Assembly (NCBI RefSeq): GCF_006345805.1
Contig: NW_021824263.1
Span: 1-19,368, forward strand
DNA length: 19,368 nt
Source: Octopus sinensis
Taxonomy: Eukaryota
Direction: 5' to 3'
Below the pieces are notes generated by a model, which was not told the DNA's origin, made no database searches, and saw only the letters and a list, made by a program, of their open reading frames with translations. Below, piece after piece: positions 1 to 9,126 of this stretch; within the stretch, counting starts at the first letter, position 1, and each line of letters starts with the position of its first letter. The translations under genes and the position numbers were made by a program.

Positions 1-2
1 TG

Positions 3-92
3 GAATTCTATGGTCAATTCGAAAGACAAACGAAGGACATAAAAGTAGAATCTTCATGGAACTGGTTGAGAGAAGGTGATCTTAAGAGAAGG
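3..92 (+). mobile_element. R4/Dong-clade non-LTR retrotransposon fragment (region upstream of the zinc knuckle), 5' part
   Basis: Frame +3 reads EFYGQFERQTKDIKVESSWNWLREGDLKR, resembling the R4/Dong 'HGQF.R...W.WL..G.LK.E' segment. It continues after the insert at ~984. Confidence 0.65.
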
Positions 93-782
93 AGTGAAGG
101 CGCATGGCTTAGTGTAGGTCTTTACCTCAATGAGGCCAAAACTGAATACATAAACAAGTGCCTGTCCAACAGTGATTGCATCATCCATACTCTCAACAGT
201 GCGCCCTTAACTATGGTTGTTCTGATTATAAATATCTTGGGTCATACACAATCATCTGGAAAAGACTTTCTAACTAGAAAGGTATGGCCTGGTCAGCCTG
301 TAATGACATGCATAAGATCTGGTCATCAAATCTAAGTAGAGACTTCAAACTTGAAATATTCAAAGCCACAGTCGAACCAATTCAACTATATGGCTCAGAA
401 ACCTGGGCGTTATCAAAGAAGCTTGAGAGGCGGTTGGATGGAACCTACACTCGCCTCCTTATGAGAGCTCAAAATCTCTCGGAAGCGCCATCCAACCAAA
501 ATGCAAATATATGGGAAATACCACCTGTGTCATCTCTGTGAAGGTAGGAGAGTCCAGTTTGCTGGACATTGTGTAGAGCTGAAAAAGAAGTAATTTCTAC
601 TCTTCTCCTCTGGAAGCCATCTACTCGCAATACCAGAGGGCGCACACTCTCCTACCCTGATGTAATCTCCAGGGATACAGGCATCCAGCAACAGGACCTC
701 CGTAATGCTATGATGGACCGTGAAGTCTGGCGTAACATAGTAAATTCCATTGTCTCGACCACGGTCGAACAATGATGATGAT
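93..782 (+). mobile_element. 5'-truncated RTE-clade LINE 3' end (end of RT plus C-terminus), with a few frameshifts
   Basis: Peptides VGLYLNEAKTEY, AWSACNDMHKIWSSNLSRDFKLEIFKATVEPIQLYGSETW and LLLWKPSTRNTRGRTLSYPDVISRD...MMDREVWRNIVNSI*. TGA at 773-775, followed by a short (GAT)n tail to 782. Confidence 0.9.
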
Positions 783-978
783 TGGGTATTCAGATAGTAC
801 CTGTATTTCAAAGGGCCAACCTTGTCACATTCTGTGTCACGCTGGAGTTCCCTGAGAACTACGTTTATGGTACGCGTGTCAGTGGAGTGCTCAGCCATTT
901 ACACGCTAATTTCATGACCAGGCTGTTCCTTTGATTGGATCAACGTGAACTCTCGTTGTGGTAACCGGCAGAATGCTA
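783..978 (+). repeat. Probable 3' half of another interspersed repeat (SINE-like)
   Basis: Non-coding block between the RTE tail and the resumed R4/Dong sequence. Recognised only from memory as an abundant octopus repeat; no second copy in this window. Confidence 0.35.
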
Positions 979-983
979 GTTAA

Positions 984-1080
984 GGGAGGGACAGAAAGTG
1001 TAGATTATGTGGAAAGAAGATGGAAAGTGTGACGTACATCGTGAGCCTGTGATATGCTTGCACAGAGACAATACGAAAGG
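984..1080 (+). mobile_element. R4/Dong-clade fragment, CCHC zinc knuckle (degenerate)
   Basis: From 999: CRLCGKKMESVTYIVS, frameshift, CDMLAQRQYER. This is C-X2-C-X8-H-X4-C with H>Y (TAC), followed by the typical LAQR.Y.RR. Confidence 0.75.
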
Positions 1081-1081
1081 A

Positions 1082-1176
1082 ATCGACAAAATAAACACCA
1101 GTTGAACAATGAGGTCGATGTAACCGGCTTTCTCTTCGATCAAAAATTTCAGACCTTGTGCCTATAGTAGAAAAAA
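1082..1176 (+). mobile_element. Degenerate 3' fragment of SINE family B (type-2 tail)
   Basis: TCGACAAAATAAACACCAGTTGAAC...GGTCGATGTAACCG...AAATTTCAGACCTTGTGCCTATAGTAGAAA aligns to the copies at 14946-15085 and 17385-17550. Confidence 0.7.
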
Positions 1177-1418
1177 ATTCTGTTATGTCTGGGGAGAGTC
1201 ATTTTCTTTTTGTGCCTTATAATATAATACACTCACCGGTAAAATTTCCACTTCTTTTCTTATTTTTATTTTCCTAAAATTTTCGATGCATCTTGCAACC
1301 TTTTCAAAACTATTGAAAAGGTTGCAAGACGCAACGAAAAAAAGTGGAAATTTTACCGGTGAGTGTGTTATATTATAAAACGCAAAAAGAAAATGATTCT
1401 CCCCAGACACAACAGAAT
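1177..1418. mobile_element. Near-palindromic fold-back element (MITE-like)
   Basis: Left arm ATTCTGTTATGTCTGGGGAGAGTCATTTTC...CTCACCGGTAAAATTTCCACTT is the reverse complement of the right arm ending CCCCAGACACAACAGAAT. Perfect inner 17-bp stem 1291-1307/1313-1329 with a 5-nt loop. Confidence 0.85.
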
Positions 1419-1783
1419 ATGCTTCAACACACGAACTCATATAAAGAATCTTGCAAACCAAATCCAGAAAAGAAAAAAAATTATAATAAAAATAATAATC
1501 AATATAAGCAACCCTTTGCCTAGTTACCACTGACACAATCCTGTCCTCGTCGTCAAAATATCTTTGCCACCGTTATTGTCATCACAATCAATATTATCAC
1601 TAACAATCCCATAATTCACCATTCTTGCCTGCCTGCTTCAACGGTTTAACAAAAGTTCAAAAATACCAGCTTGATTACTCGAGAAAAAGGTCAATTGCTG
1701 GAATCTAACACACCTATACCATCGATCAAAATCTACTTCAGTTCATACCATTGTCTAAATGTTACATTATTTATTCCAAAATT

Positions 1784-1800
1784 AACAACAACAACAACAG

Positions 1801-1861
<61 letters not shown>

Positions 1862-1912
1862 CACCACCACCACAACCACCACCACCACAACCACCACACC
1901 ACCACAACCACC

Positions 1913-1944
<32 letters not shown>

Positions 1945-2043
1945 CACCACTACTACTACTACTAACGCCACACCACCACCACCACCACTACTACTACTAA
2001 CACCACCACCACCACCACCACCACCACCACCACCACCACCACC

Positions 2044-2093
<50 letters not shown>

Positions 2094-2112
2094 ACTATAC
2101 TACTACTACTAC
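1784..2112. repeat. Compound trinucleotide microsatellite (AAC/TAC/CAC)n
   Basis: Direct reading; source of the poly-T/Y/H/P ORFs. Confidence 0.98.
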
Positions 2113-2239
2113 AATTCTCAGACAGCATATATCAAATACATTGAAGCATTATTTCACTTCTGGATAGTCTTTAATAAGCCTTAATAGTGAGAGTTCTTTC
2201 AAGAATTATTATCCTGCCAAGGTCTGCTTCTCTTTACCT

Positions 2240-2345
2240 TTTATCTTTTCTTGAGATCAATATGATAAGTACTAGTCAAGTACTGGCTTCGATGAAAACT
2301 ATGCACACCTCCTAAATATGTCTGACCTTGGGCTTACGTCAAATA
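2240..2345 (+). mobile_element. Highly degenerate SINE family B fragment
   Basis: GATAAGTACTAGTCAAGTACTGG...CCTCCTAAATATGTCTGACCTTG resembles the family core/tail and the fragment at 17110-17235. Confidence 0.45.
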
Positions 2346-2380
2346 TTGTTGATGTTGTTATTATCATTATTATTATTATT

Positions 2381-2740
2381 CATGTGCTTTCACTGTACTA
2401 TCGTGCGCAGCTCTGTGTCTTCGGTATGTGCTGTAGTTTGTTGTGGTGCTCTTATTTTCACCGTATTGAAAGTGCTTTACGCAGGATGTGTGCGGTGTCT
2501 AGTAGTGCTATTTTCAATTGGTTATATACATTCGTAAGTCCTGGTGTTTTGGTTATATATTTTTCTGAATGTTTCTTAATCATATCTAATGCATCTGTTA
2601 TTATAGGGATTTTTTCTGTTTTTCGGCTCCACATTCGAGTCACCTTTATTTCTAGTTCTTTGTATTTTGAGAGTTTCCTCGTTTCTTTTAGAGATACATT
2701 GTCATCTGTTGGTATGGATACATCGATTAGAAGGCATTTT
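2381..2740 (-). mobile_element. R4/Dong 3' end with partial restriction-like endonuclease domain, copy 1
   Basis: Minus strand KCLLIDVSIPTDDNVSLKETRKLSKYKELEIKVTRMW...IPIITDALDMIKK...KIALLDTAHILRKALSIR* contains the RLE D-x-x-x-P...K..KY motif. Flanked on both sides by (ATT)n. Confidence 0.9.
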
Positions 2741-2758
2741 ATTATTATTATTATTATT

Positions 2759-2969
2759 CAGTAGTTTTATTTTTATAGCGTGCTTTCACTTCACTACCGA
2801 GCGCAGCTCTGTGTGCCTTGGGTATGTGCTGTGATTTGTTGTGATGCTCTGATGGTTATTGTATGGAAAGTGTTCTGCGTAGGATGTGTGCAGTGCCTAG
2901 TAGTGCAATTTTCTGTATGTTATATGTGTTTGTAAGTCCTGGTGTTTTTGTTATGTATTTGTCTGAATA

Positions 2970-2975
<6 letters not shown>
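2759..2975 (-). mobile_element. R4/Dong 3' end, copy 2
   Basis: Minus strand KKYSDKYITKTPGLTNTYNIQKIALLGTAHILRRTLSIQ* (stop 2858-2856) plus 3'UTR, between (ATT)n tracts. Confidence 0.9.

Positions 2976-3032
<57 letters not shown>
2976..3032. repeat. (ATT)19 microsatellite; related tracts at ~2358-2380, 2741-2758 and 3248-3313
   Basis: Direct reading. Confidence 0.97.
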
Positions 3033-3035
<3 letters not shown>

Positions 3036-3243
3036 TAGTTTTATTTTTATAGTGTGCTTTCACTTCACTACCGAGCGCAGCTCTGTGTGCCTTGGGTATG
3101 TGCTGTGATTTGTTGTGATGCTCTGATGGTTATTGCATGGAAAGTGTTCTGCGTAGGATGTGTGCAGTGCCTAGTAGTGCAATTTTCTGTATGTTATATG
3201 TGTTTGTAAGTCCTGGTGTTTTTGTTATGTATTTGTCTGAATA

Positions 3244-3247
<4 letters not shown>
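3033..3247 (-). mobile_element. R4/Dong 3' end, copy 3 (tandem duplicate of copy 2)
   Basis: Same endpoints as copy 2; I see 2 substitutions plus a T-run length difference. Confidence 0.9.
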
Positions 3248-3290
<43 letters not shown>

Positions 3291-3313
3291 TTCTTCTTCT
3301 TATTATTATTATT

Positions 3314-3853
3314 GAGAGCAGTGCATGCCATCAAAGTGACACTGGGGTAAAATATACGAAGCCCAGTATACCCATCATGACTACCCGTCTGATAAGGGTA
3401 CACCAGGCACATGCATCACAACCATATGTGCGCGACATGGTAATCTCATATCAACATTAACAGCGCATGATTTTGCAGGTGAGGGCCAGCTAGAATTTTC
3501 TTCTGTTCGAGTAGCACACTCCGCTCAAAAGGTCCCTGAATAAGGATTGTTGAAGCATGTTGAACGAATCACCCGTGTTTCCAAAGGTGAATTATCCAAA
3601 CCTCTAAGAATTCCTTTCAACACATGGCTATGATGCTCCCCCACTACTTCTGCTCGTGATCAGAGATGCACATATCGTTAGCCACTAAGGGACATACTCA
3701 ATTGGTTAAGGTCAAACAACTGACAAGCAAATCTGTGGTATTGAGCAGAATATTTGCTGTAGCCCATCTTTTATACCAAGACAAAACAATGTACATGATA
3801 ACTCTTCCAATCAGTTAAGATCAGCAGCCATGAGAGTCACTGCCTGGTACTGC
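3314..3853. mobile_element. ~540-bp non-coding interspersed repeat embedded between ATT and AAT tracts
   Basis: Sharp boundaries with microsatellite on both sides. No TIR, no pol III A/B box and no long ORF seen. Recalled as a common octopus repeat (unverified). Confidence 0.55.
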
Positions 3854-3875
3854 AATAATAATAATAATAATAATA

Positions 3876-3926
<51 letters not shown>

Positions 3927-3996
3927 TAATAATGATAATAATAATAAATAATAATAATAATAATAATTATTGTTATTGTTATTGTTGTTGTTGTTG
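3854..3996. repeat. (AAT)n tract followed by an inverted (ATT/GTT)n tract
   Basis: AAT units 3854-3966, then TTATTGTT... 3967-3996. Confidence 0.95.
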
Positions 3997-4263
3997 TATC
4001 CCGAGATGAATGAACATTTTTCAGAGAGTTCTGTAGACGAGTCAGATTTAACACGTTATAGTTAATAGCAAAAGTGTCATTTCAAAGATTAATTTGCTGA
4101 CACAAATCCTTAAAAAAATTTCACTTTCCAACCCGTAGACTGTGGTTCGTTTTTAAGACCGGGAACAAGGTGAAGCGACAAACAGAGTTGATGCACCGCA
4201 TATCTGCTTTTACGGTTGTAAGAGCGACGATACACAAGAATTCTAGTTGTAATGTTGGCCATT

Positions 4264-4522
4264 GTGGAGGTGCGTGGCTAAGTGATTAGGGTGTCAGCAT
4301 CATGATCGTAAGATTGTGGTTTCGGTTCCTGGACTGGGCGACGCGTTGTGTTCTTGAGCAAAACACTTCATTTCACGTTGCTCCAGTCCACTCAGCTGGC
4401 AAAAATGAGTAACACTGCAATGGACTGGCGTCCCGTCCAGCTGGGGAACACATACGCAATTGAAACCGGGAAACTGGGCCCATGAGCCTGGCTACGCTTT
4501 AAAAGGGAGCATTTATTTATTT
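4264..4522 (+). mobile_element. tRNA-derived SINE family A (octopus OR/CORE-like), full length with TSD
   Basis: A box TGGCTAAGTGAT (4275), B box GGTTTCGGTTCC (4318-4329), (ATTT)n tail. TSD TAATGTTGG(C/T)ATT-type 14-mer at 4250-4263 and 4523-4536 (1 mismatch). Confidence 0.92.
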
Positions 4523-4786
4523 TAATGTTGGCTATTATTTTATCTGCATCTTCGTGACCATTATTGTTGGCCATTATTTTGCCTTTATCTTTGGGACTGA
4601 GAGCAGAGACATGTGGACGGAAGTGGTTTGGATGAACATGCAAGCCTTCCCACCCAAGGAGAAGAATTTGCAGGTGTTTGGGACCGAAGTATTCCTTGGG
4701 GAAAGACAAATGTAAAAACATTGCTTATGTCCTCAATCTATGGACATGTGGAAATAATGAGGAATTAGTTTCTGCGAACGCGAATG

Positions 4787-5001
4787 TGAGTGTGTGTGTG
4801 TGAAAGAATGAGAGAGAGAGAGAAAGAGAGGAGAGAGGAGAGAGGAGAGAGGGAGAGAGAGAGAGACAGACAGATAGACAGAGAAGTAGTGGGAGAGAGA
4901 AAAGAAGTGAAATATGGCGAGTTTGAAGGAGGAGAGAGAATATGAAAAGAAAGAAGAGATTCAGTTGATGATAGCAAGTTAAAATGTGTGCGCTAATGTG
5001 T

Positions 5002-5041
<40 letters not shown>

Positions 5042-5087
5042 GTGCGTGCGTGTGCGTGTGCGTAAGTGTGTGTGTGTGTGTGTGTGT
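4787..5087. repeat. (TG)n/(GA)n compound microsatellite
   Basis: Direct reading. Confidence 0.95.
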
Positions 5088-5419
5088 TGGGGATCAAGAG
5101 ATTGGGGTAGGGTCTGCAAATAACTTTAATCCATAAATATATATAAATTAGCGTTTGCACTAACACTTACACACAAATAACTAAGATTAAACAAGCCCTC
5201 TAATTCACGCACAAATATACACTTACACACATAAAACTGCACCGCCTCCTCGCACACTCACCCACACACACTCACACACACCTATACATATACAGGCACA
5301 CTTGCATATAGACTTACATACATACGCACAGGCAAATTAATACAATTATGGTTGACTAACAATTCATCGCACTAGACTTGTTTCGGCATCTTAATTTTTC
5401 TACACACACGCAAACAAAC

Positions 5420-5468
<49 letters not shown>

Positions 5469-5535
5469 CTCACACACATTCGGACATACACATATTGCAC
5501 AGATATAAGTATCTGTATGTATGTATGTATATATA
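5420..5535. repeat. (TCTA)n plus CA/TA simple repeats
   Basis: Direct reading. Confidence 0.9.
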
Positions 5536-5536
5536 T

Positions 5537-5921
5537 ACTAGCAGTATCGCCCGGCGTTGCTCAGGTTTGTAAGGGAACTAACTATAAAGCATTTTTAGAG
5601 AGTTATAGCCAAAAAATAGCAAAAAAATGGAAAAAAAATGATGGTAATTTTTTTTTGAGAGTTAAAAAGGTCGAGTTGCGTCCCCATGACAGTCTGTGGT
5701 TTGTGTTTCTGATTCACAACCCCATGTCGAATTTATCGATTTTTTTCAGAACTGGGGGAACTTTTCAAAATTTTCGCTGCGTTAGTTTTGAATTATGACA
5801 TTGGGCTATGTGTGTGTCAAGTTTCATCAGAATCGGTTGAAAGCCGTGGTCAGGGTGAGGGTACAACAAACAGACACACAGAAACACACACAGACAAACT
5901 GCCGTTTATATATATAGAGAT
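5537..5921 (+). mobile_element. Non-autonomous Helitron/Helentron-like element (HINE/Lep1-like architecture)
   Basis: 5' ACTAGCAGTATCGCCCGGCGTTGCTC. 3' CAAGTTTCATCAGAATCGGTTG...(ACAG/AC)n...TTTATATATATAGAGAT. Inserted in TA-rich DNA with no TSD seen. Family assignment is by resemblance only. Confidence 0.6.
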
Positions 5922-5944
5922 ATATGTGTGTTTGTGTGTGTAGG

Positions 5945-5996
<52 letters not shown>

Positions 5997-6096
5997 CACA
6001 TATATATATATAAGCACATATGTATATATGTATATATATACATATACATATATGTATATATGTATATATATACATATATGTATGTGTATTTATATA

Positions 6097-6162
<66 letters not shown>

Positions 6163-6179
6163 TGTATGTGTATTATATA

Positions 6180-6235
<56 letters not shown>

Positions 6236-6330
6236 CACGCACACACACATACATTTATGGTATTGTGTGTGTGTGTGTGTGTGTGTGTTGTGTGTGTGTG
6301 TGTGTATGCATACATACACAACAACACAAG
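5922..6330. repeat. Compound (TA)/(TC)/(TG)/(CA) microsatellite with an internal ~80-bp tandem duplication
   Basis: Unit CATATATGTATGTGTAT(TA)nTG(TC)n(TA)n occurs twice (~6073-6157 and ~6158-6236). Confidence 0.93.
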
Positions 6331-6586
6331 ATGGCGTCTTTAAAGAAATGCAATCCAGATGGAGAACAACCACATTTCGAACTGGGCATTTAAGTCCATT
6401 AATTGAAAAGAAAGAATCCTTCACATTGTATAAAAACACATGAAAGTATCTCTACCGCTCTACTCAATTGAATCTATTAAGAAGAAAGGATTTCGTTTGT
6501 TGCTTTGATTAGTCTGTTTTCAATGTTTGCTTGTTTTTGTTGTTTTTTTTTTCCCTGTATTTTTCCTTTTTTTTTTTTTTGTACAG

Positions 6587-6716
6587 AAATGCGGGGGACC
6601 TAATAAAAGACAAGAAAGACTTCGGAAAACAACACCAGAAAATGTTTTTGCAGATAGATAAGAAAAAAATCACAGCGTTAGAGAACATCATTGAGATATC
6701 ACAAACGACAAACTAA
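6587..6716 (+). CDS. Candidate terminal coding exon of an unidentified gene
   Basis: Long poly-T tract plus TACAG acceptor ending at 6586. Two frames stay open for a while (NAGDLIKDKKDFGKQHQKMFLQIDKKKITALENIIEISQTTN* or KCGGPNKRQERLRKTTPENVFADR*). AATAAA near 6804 and 6861. No homology recognised. Confidence 0.25.
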
Positions 6717-7344
6717 ACGAAATAAGCCACAAAAGTACGAGATGCAAAAACGAAAACAACAAAAGAAAAAAAAAAGAAAAAAGAAAAACCACACATCGTA
6801 AGACAATAAAAAAACAAACAAACAAACATAAAAATAAGATCACGATATTATACTGGACCAAATAAAAAGTTAATGCATTCATATTTCATAACAAAAAGAG
6901 GCAAAATGAAAATATTTATTCATTTACAGGGTGTCCAATCTATTGTAAGAAACGTTCTCAAAAGATCTGACATATTTTGTATGTTAAGATAACTGAGTCG
7001 CGAGATATTAAATACTTCATTCAGAAATGTGCAATAGAATGCTTTCAGTATTAATTCCTGGTTTATGAATTAGCGGCCCAATAACTTATTCTTTTAGTAA
7101 TCTTTTCTCAACGATCTTTTGAATCTATTAAACTTAATTAGGTTATTCTCTGTCCGTCTCTATCTCTCACTCTCTTCCCCGTCTGTCGGTCGGTCTGTCT
7201 GTCTCTCATCTTAGAGAGAGGTTCCATTCAGCTCACATGAGTAGTCACATGATTATTTTACGTGGAAACCCAGAATAATATGCGATCAATCTCATTCCAA
7301 GGGGGAGTTCCATATTTTATTGTACCTTTTTTTTCACAACTACC

Positions 7345-7500
7345 AGAGCGCGAAGCATTCCTCACGAACGCATGTTCGTGAGATGGCTGTGATCTGTAAA
7401 CAGTTTTGAGCAGGAACCGGAAAGAAAAGTATGAACGCGCAATGCGCATGTGCACACTGAATTCGTAAAGCGGAAGAGAATAATAAAAATGTAATGCGCA
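7345..7500. promoter_or_regulatory. CpG-enriched promoter-like patch (NRF1-like and ETS-like motifs)
   Basis: TGCGCATGTGCA at 7443-7454 (NRF1-like), ACCGGAA at 7416 and GCGGAAG at 7470 (ETS-like), second TGCGCA at 7495. CpGs are locally dense. Confidence 0.3.
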
Positions 7501-7690
7501 TATCAGAATAAAACAATTTCTATGACGGTCTGTATGTCACATCTGATACCACCCTCACGCAGCTTTGCTGCAATGTTCATGCTAAAGATGATGCGGCGTG
7601 GCTTGCAAAGAATTGGCTGCTATGTTTAAGAGGTCGGTCGAATGGTTTGACTGAAGGGTGGAATTCTATTATACGCACTACATATAACCC

Positions 7691-8115
7691 CTCATAACTT
7701 TTTTTCTTTTTGTAAAATTTCAGAACATTTTTACGAATTTGTCTTCTACACACAGGAATTCATACGTCTATGCAAAAACTTTTTGTCTGTGACTTTAGGG
7801 CTATTTAGCTGTTATTCTTAGCACATCTCACGACCACCTCATGCCCTCCTCGTTTGTTTGTCAGTCTGATGTATTAATGTTTTTCTATATCTTTCTCTCC
7901 GTAAACACATTTAATGATCTATTGCTGGGATTGCTGGGATTTAAGCCAAAACTTCGGACCGTCCGTATTTTAAAATAATTTAAACAGAAAAGTCCGAAAG
8001 ATTAACCAAAAAAATTGCTTTTAAATTTCGAAAAATTAAAGAAAAAAAATCCTAGCTGTGTGAATATAAATTCACAAAATTTTTCTGAAAATTCCCCAAA
8101 ATAAAAAGTCACGAG
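7691..8115. mobile_element. Degenerate MITE-like remnant with imperfect ~50-bp terminal inverted repeats
   Basis: 7691-7740 vs the reverse complement of 8068-8115 match at roughly 37/50 by eye (CTC...ACTTTTT...TTTCAGAA...GAATTT). AT-rich, so uncertain. Confidence 0.4.
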
Positions 8116-8874
8116 CAGATGGTAGCCGAACTTGGTTTCGTAAGCCACTAAGGTTTGGCACTTGATTAGTTATTGGCTATTTGAATGATGAATATAATGA
8201 AGTCTTTAAGTAATCTTTAAGCTCTTTATTTTATTCATTAAACCAATTTAGCGAAGGCTTTCTTAAATGTTTTGTTCTTGGTTTGGGTCAAGAGGTAGTG
8301 ATTCTCTCTCTCCATGACGAAAGTAAGCTGTTTGAAACTGGTTAGACTGACGCAGCTGGTGATCATGTTCAAGTGCTAGTGAAGGTCATATATTTTGCAA
8401 CAAAAATCAGTTCAACAAAAGCTGCTAAAACGGTCGTCTATTATACTTTTCGACGCCAAAGGTACTGCTTCCGCCTGTGTCGACAGTGTGAAAAGTTTCC
8501 CCGCTGCTTGCAAATACAAAAAAAAAAAAAAACTTGTACACGGTAAAAAAGAAAAAAAATATATAACATAAAACATGCCTCAATGAAAAGATCCAGTCGA
8601 CGTAATATATGTGTACGTGTGTATATATATGTATCGTTAATATTATGCAAAAGTGTCGTAAGTCCAAAACGTTGCTTTTTCAGAAAACGAAAGAATAGGT
8701 TCACCATTCCATTTCTTTTTACGTTAGCAACAGTTCTCAGCTTAGCAATAATACTTTGTTGGATGCATTAAATCATAACTCCATGGATGAATGATATTTT
8801 CAGTCAGAAATATTTTTGCAAAACTGTCGTATGTGGGACTTACTACACTTTTGAAAAATGCTAAATCGTTGTAC

Positions 8875-9126
8875 GTGGAGGTGCGTGGCTTAATGGTTAG
8901 GGTGTCAGCATCATGATTGTAAGATTGTGGTTTCGATTCTTGGACCGGGTGACACGTTGTGTTCTTGAGCAAAACACTTCATTTCACGTTGCTCCAGTCC
9001 ACTCAGCTGGCAAAAATGAGTAACGTTGCGATAGACTGGCGTCCCGTCCAGCTGGGGAACACGCCATAGAAACAGGGAAACCGGGCCCATGAGCCTGGCT
9101 ATGCTTTAAAAAGGGCGCAGAGAGAG
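8875..9126 (+). mobile_element. tRNA-derived SINE family A, full length with TSD
   Basis: Highly similar to 4264-4522. Perfect 12-bp TSD AAATCGTTGTAC at 8863-8874 and 9127-9138. Confidence 0.95.

Noticed and set aside
1183-1536. 117-aa minus-strand ORF
   Set aside because: It lies over the palindromic MITE; low-complexity hydrophobic composition.
1671-2167. Homopolymeric ORFs (also those at 2863-3460, 3821-4054, 5827-6443, 9214-9405, 18522-19362)
   Set aside because: Microsatellite translation artefacts.
2741-3313. Repeat-spacer-like alternation resembling a CRISPR array
   Set aside because: Eukaryotic context; the 'repeats' are variable-length ATT tracts and the 'spacers' are Dong fragments.
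4264-4335. tRNA-like sequences in SINE heads (also 8875, 13108, 15998, 11124)
   Set aside because: They have A/B boxes but continue into SINE bodies and mostly have TSDs; not tRNA genes.
6328-6393. CAAGATGGCG (YY1/Kozak-like) with 20-aa [23 protein letters not shown]
   Set aside because: Too short, next to a microsatellite, no supporting splice or promoter context.
6925-6936. TACAGGGTGTCC, a Tc1/mariner-like TIR start
   Set aside because: No matching right end or transposase found nearby. The 16118-16130 end differs after 9 bp and is 9 kb away.
7563-7632. Candidate exon LCCNVHAKDDAAWLAKNWLLCLR with a faint ankyrin-linker look
   Set aside because: Weak donor (GTCGGT) and the similarity is limited to about 6 residues.
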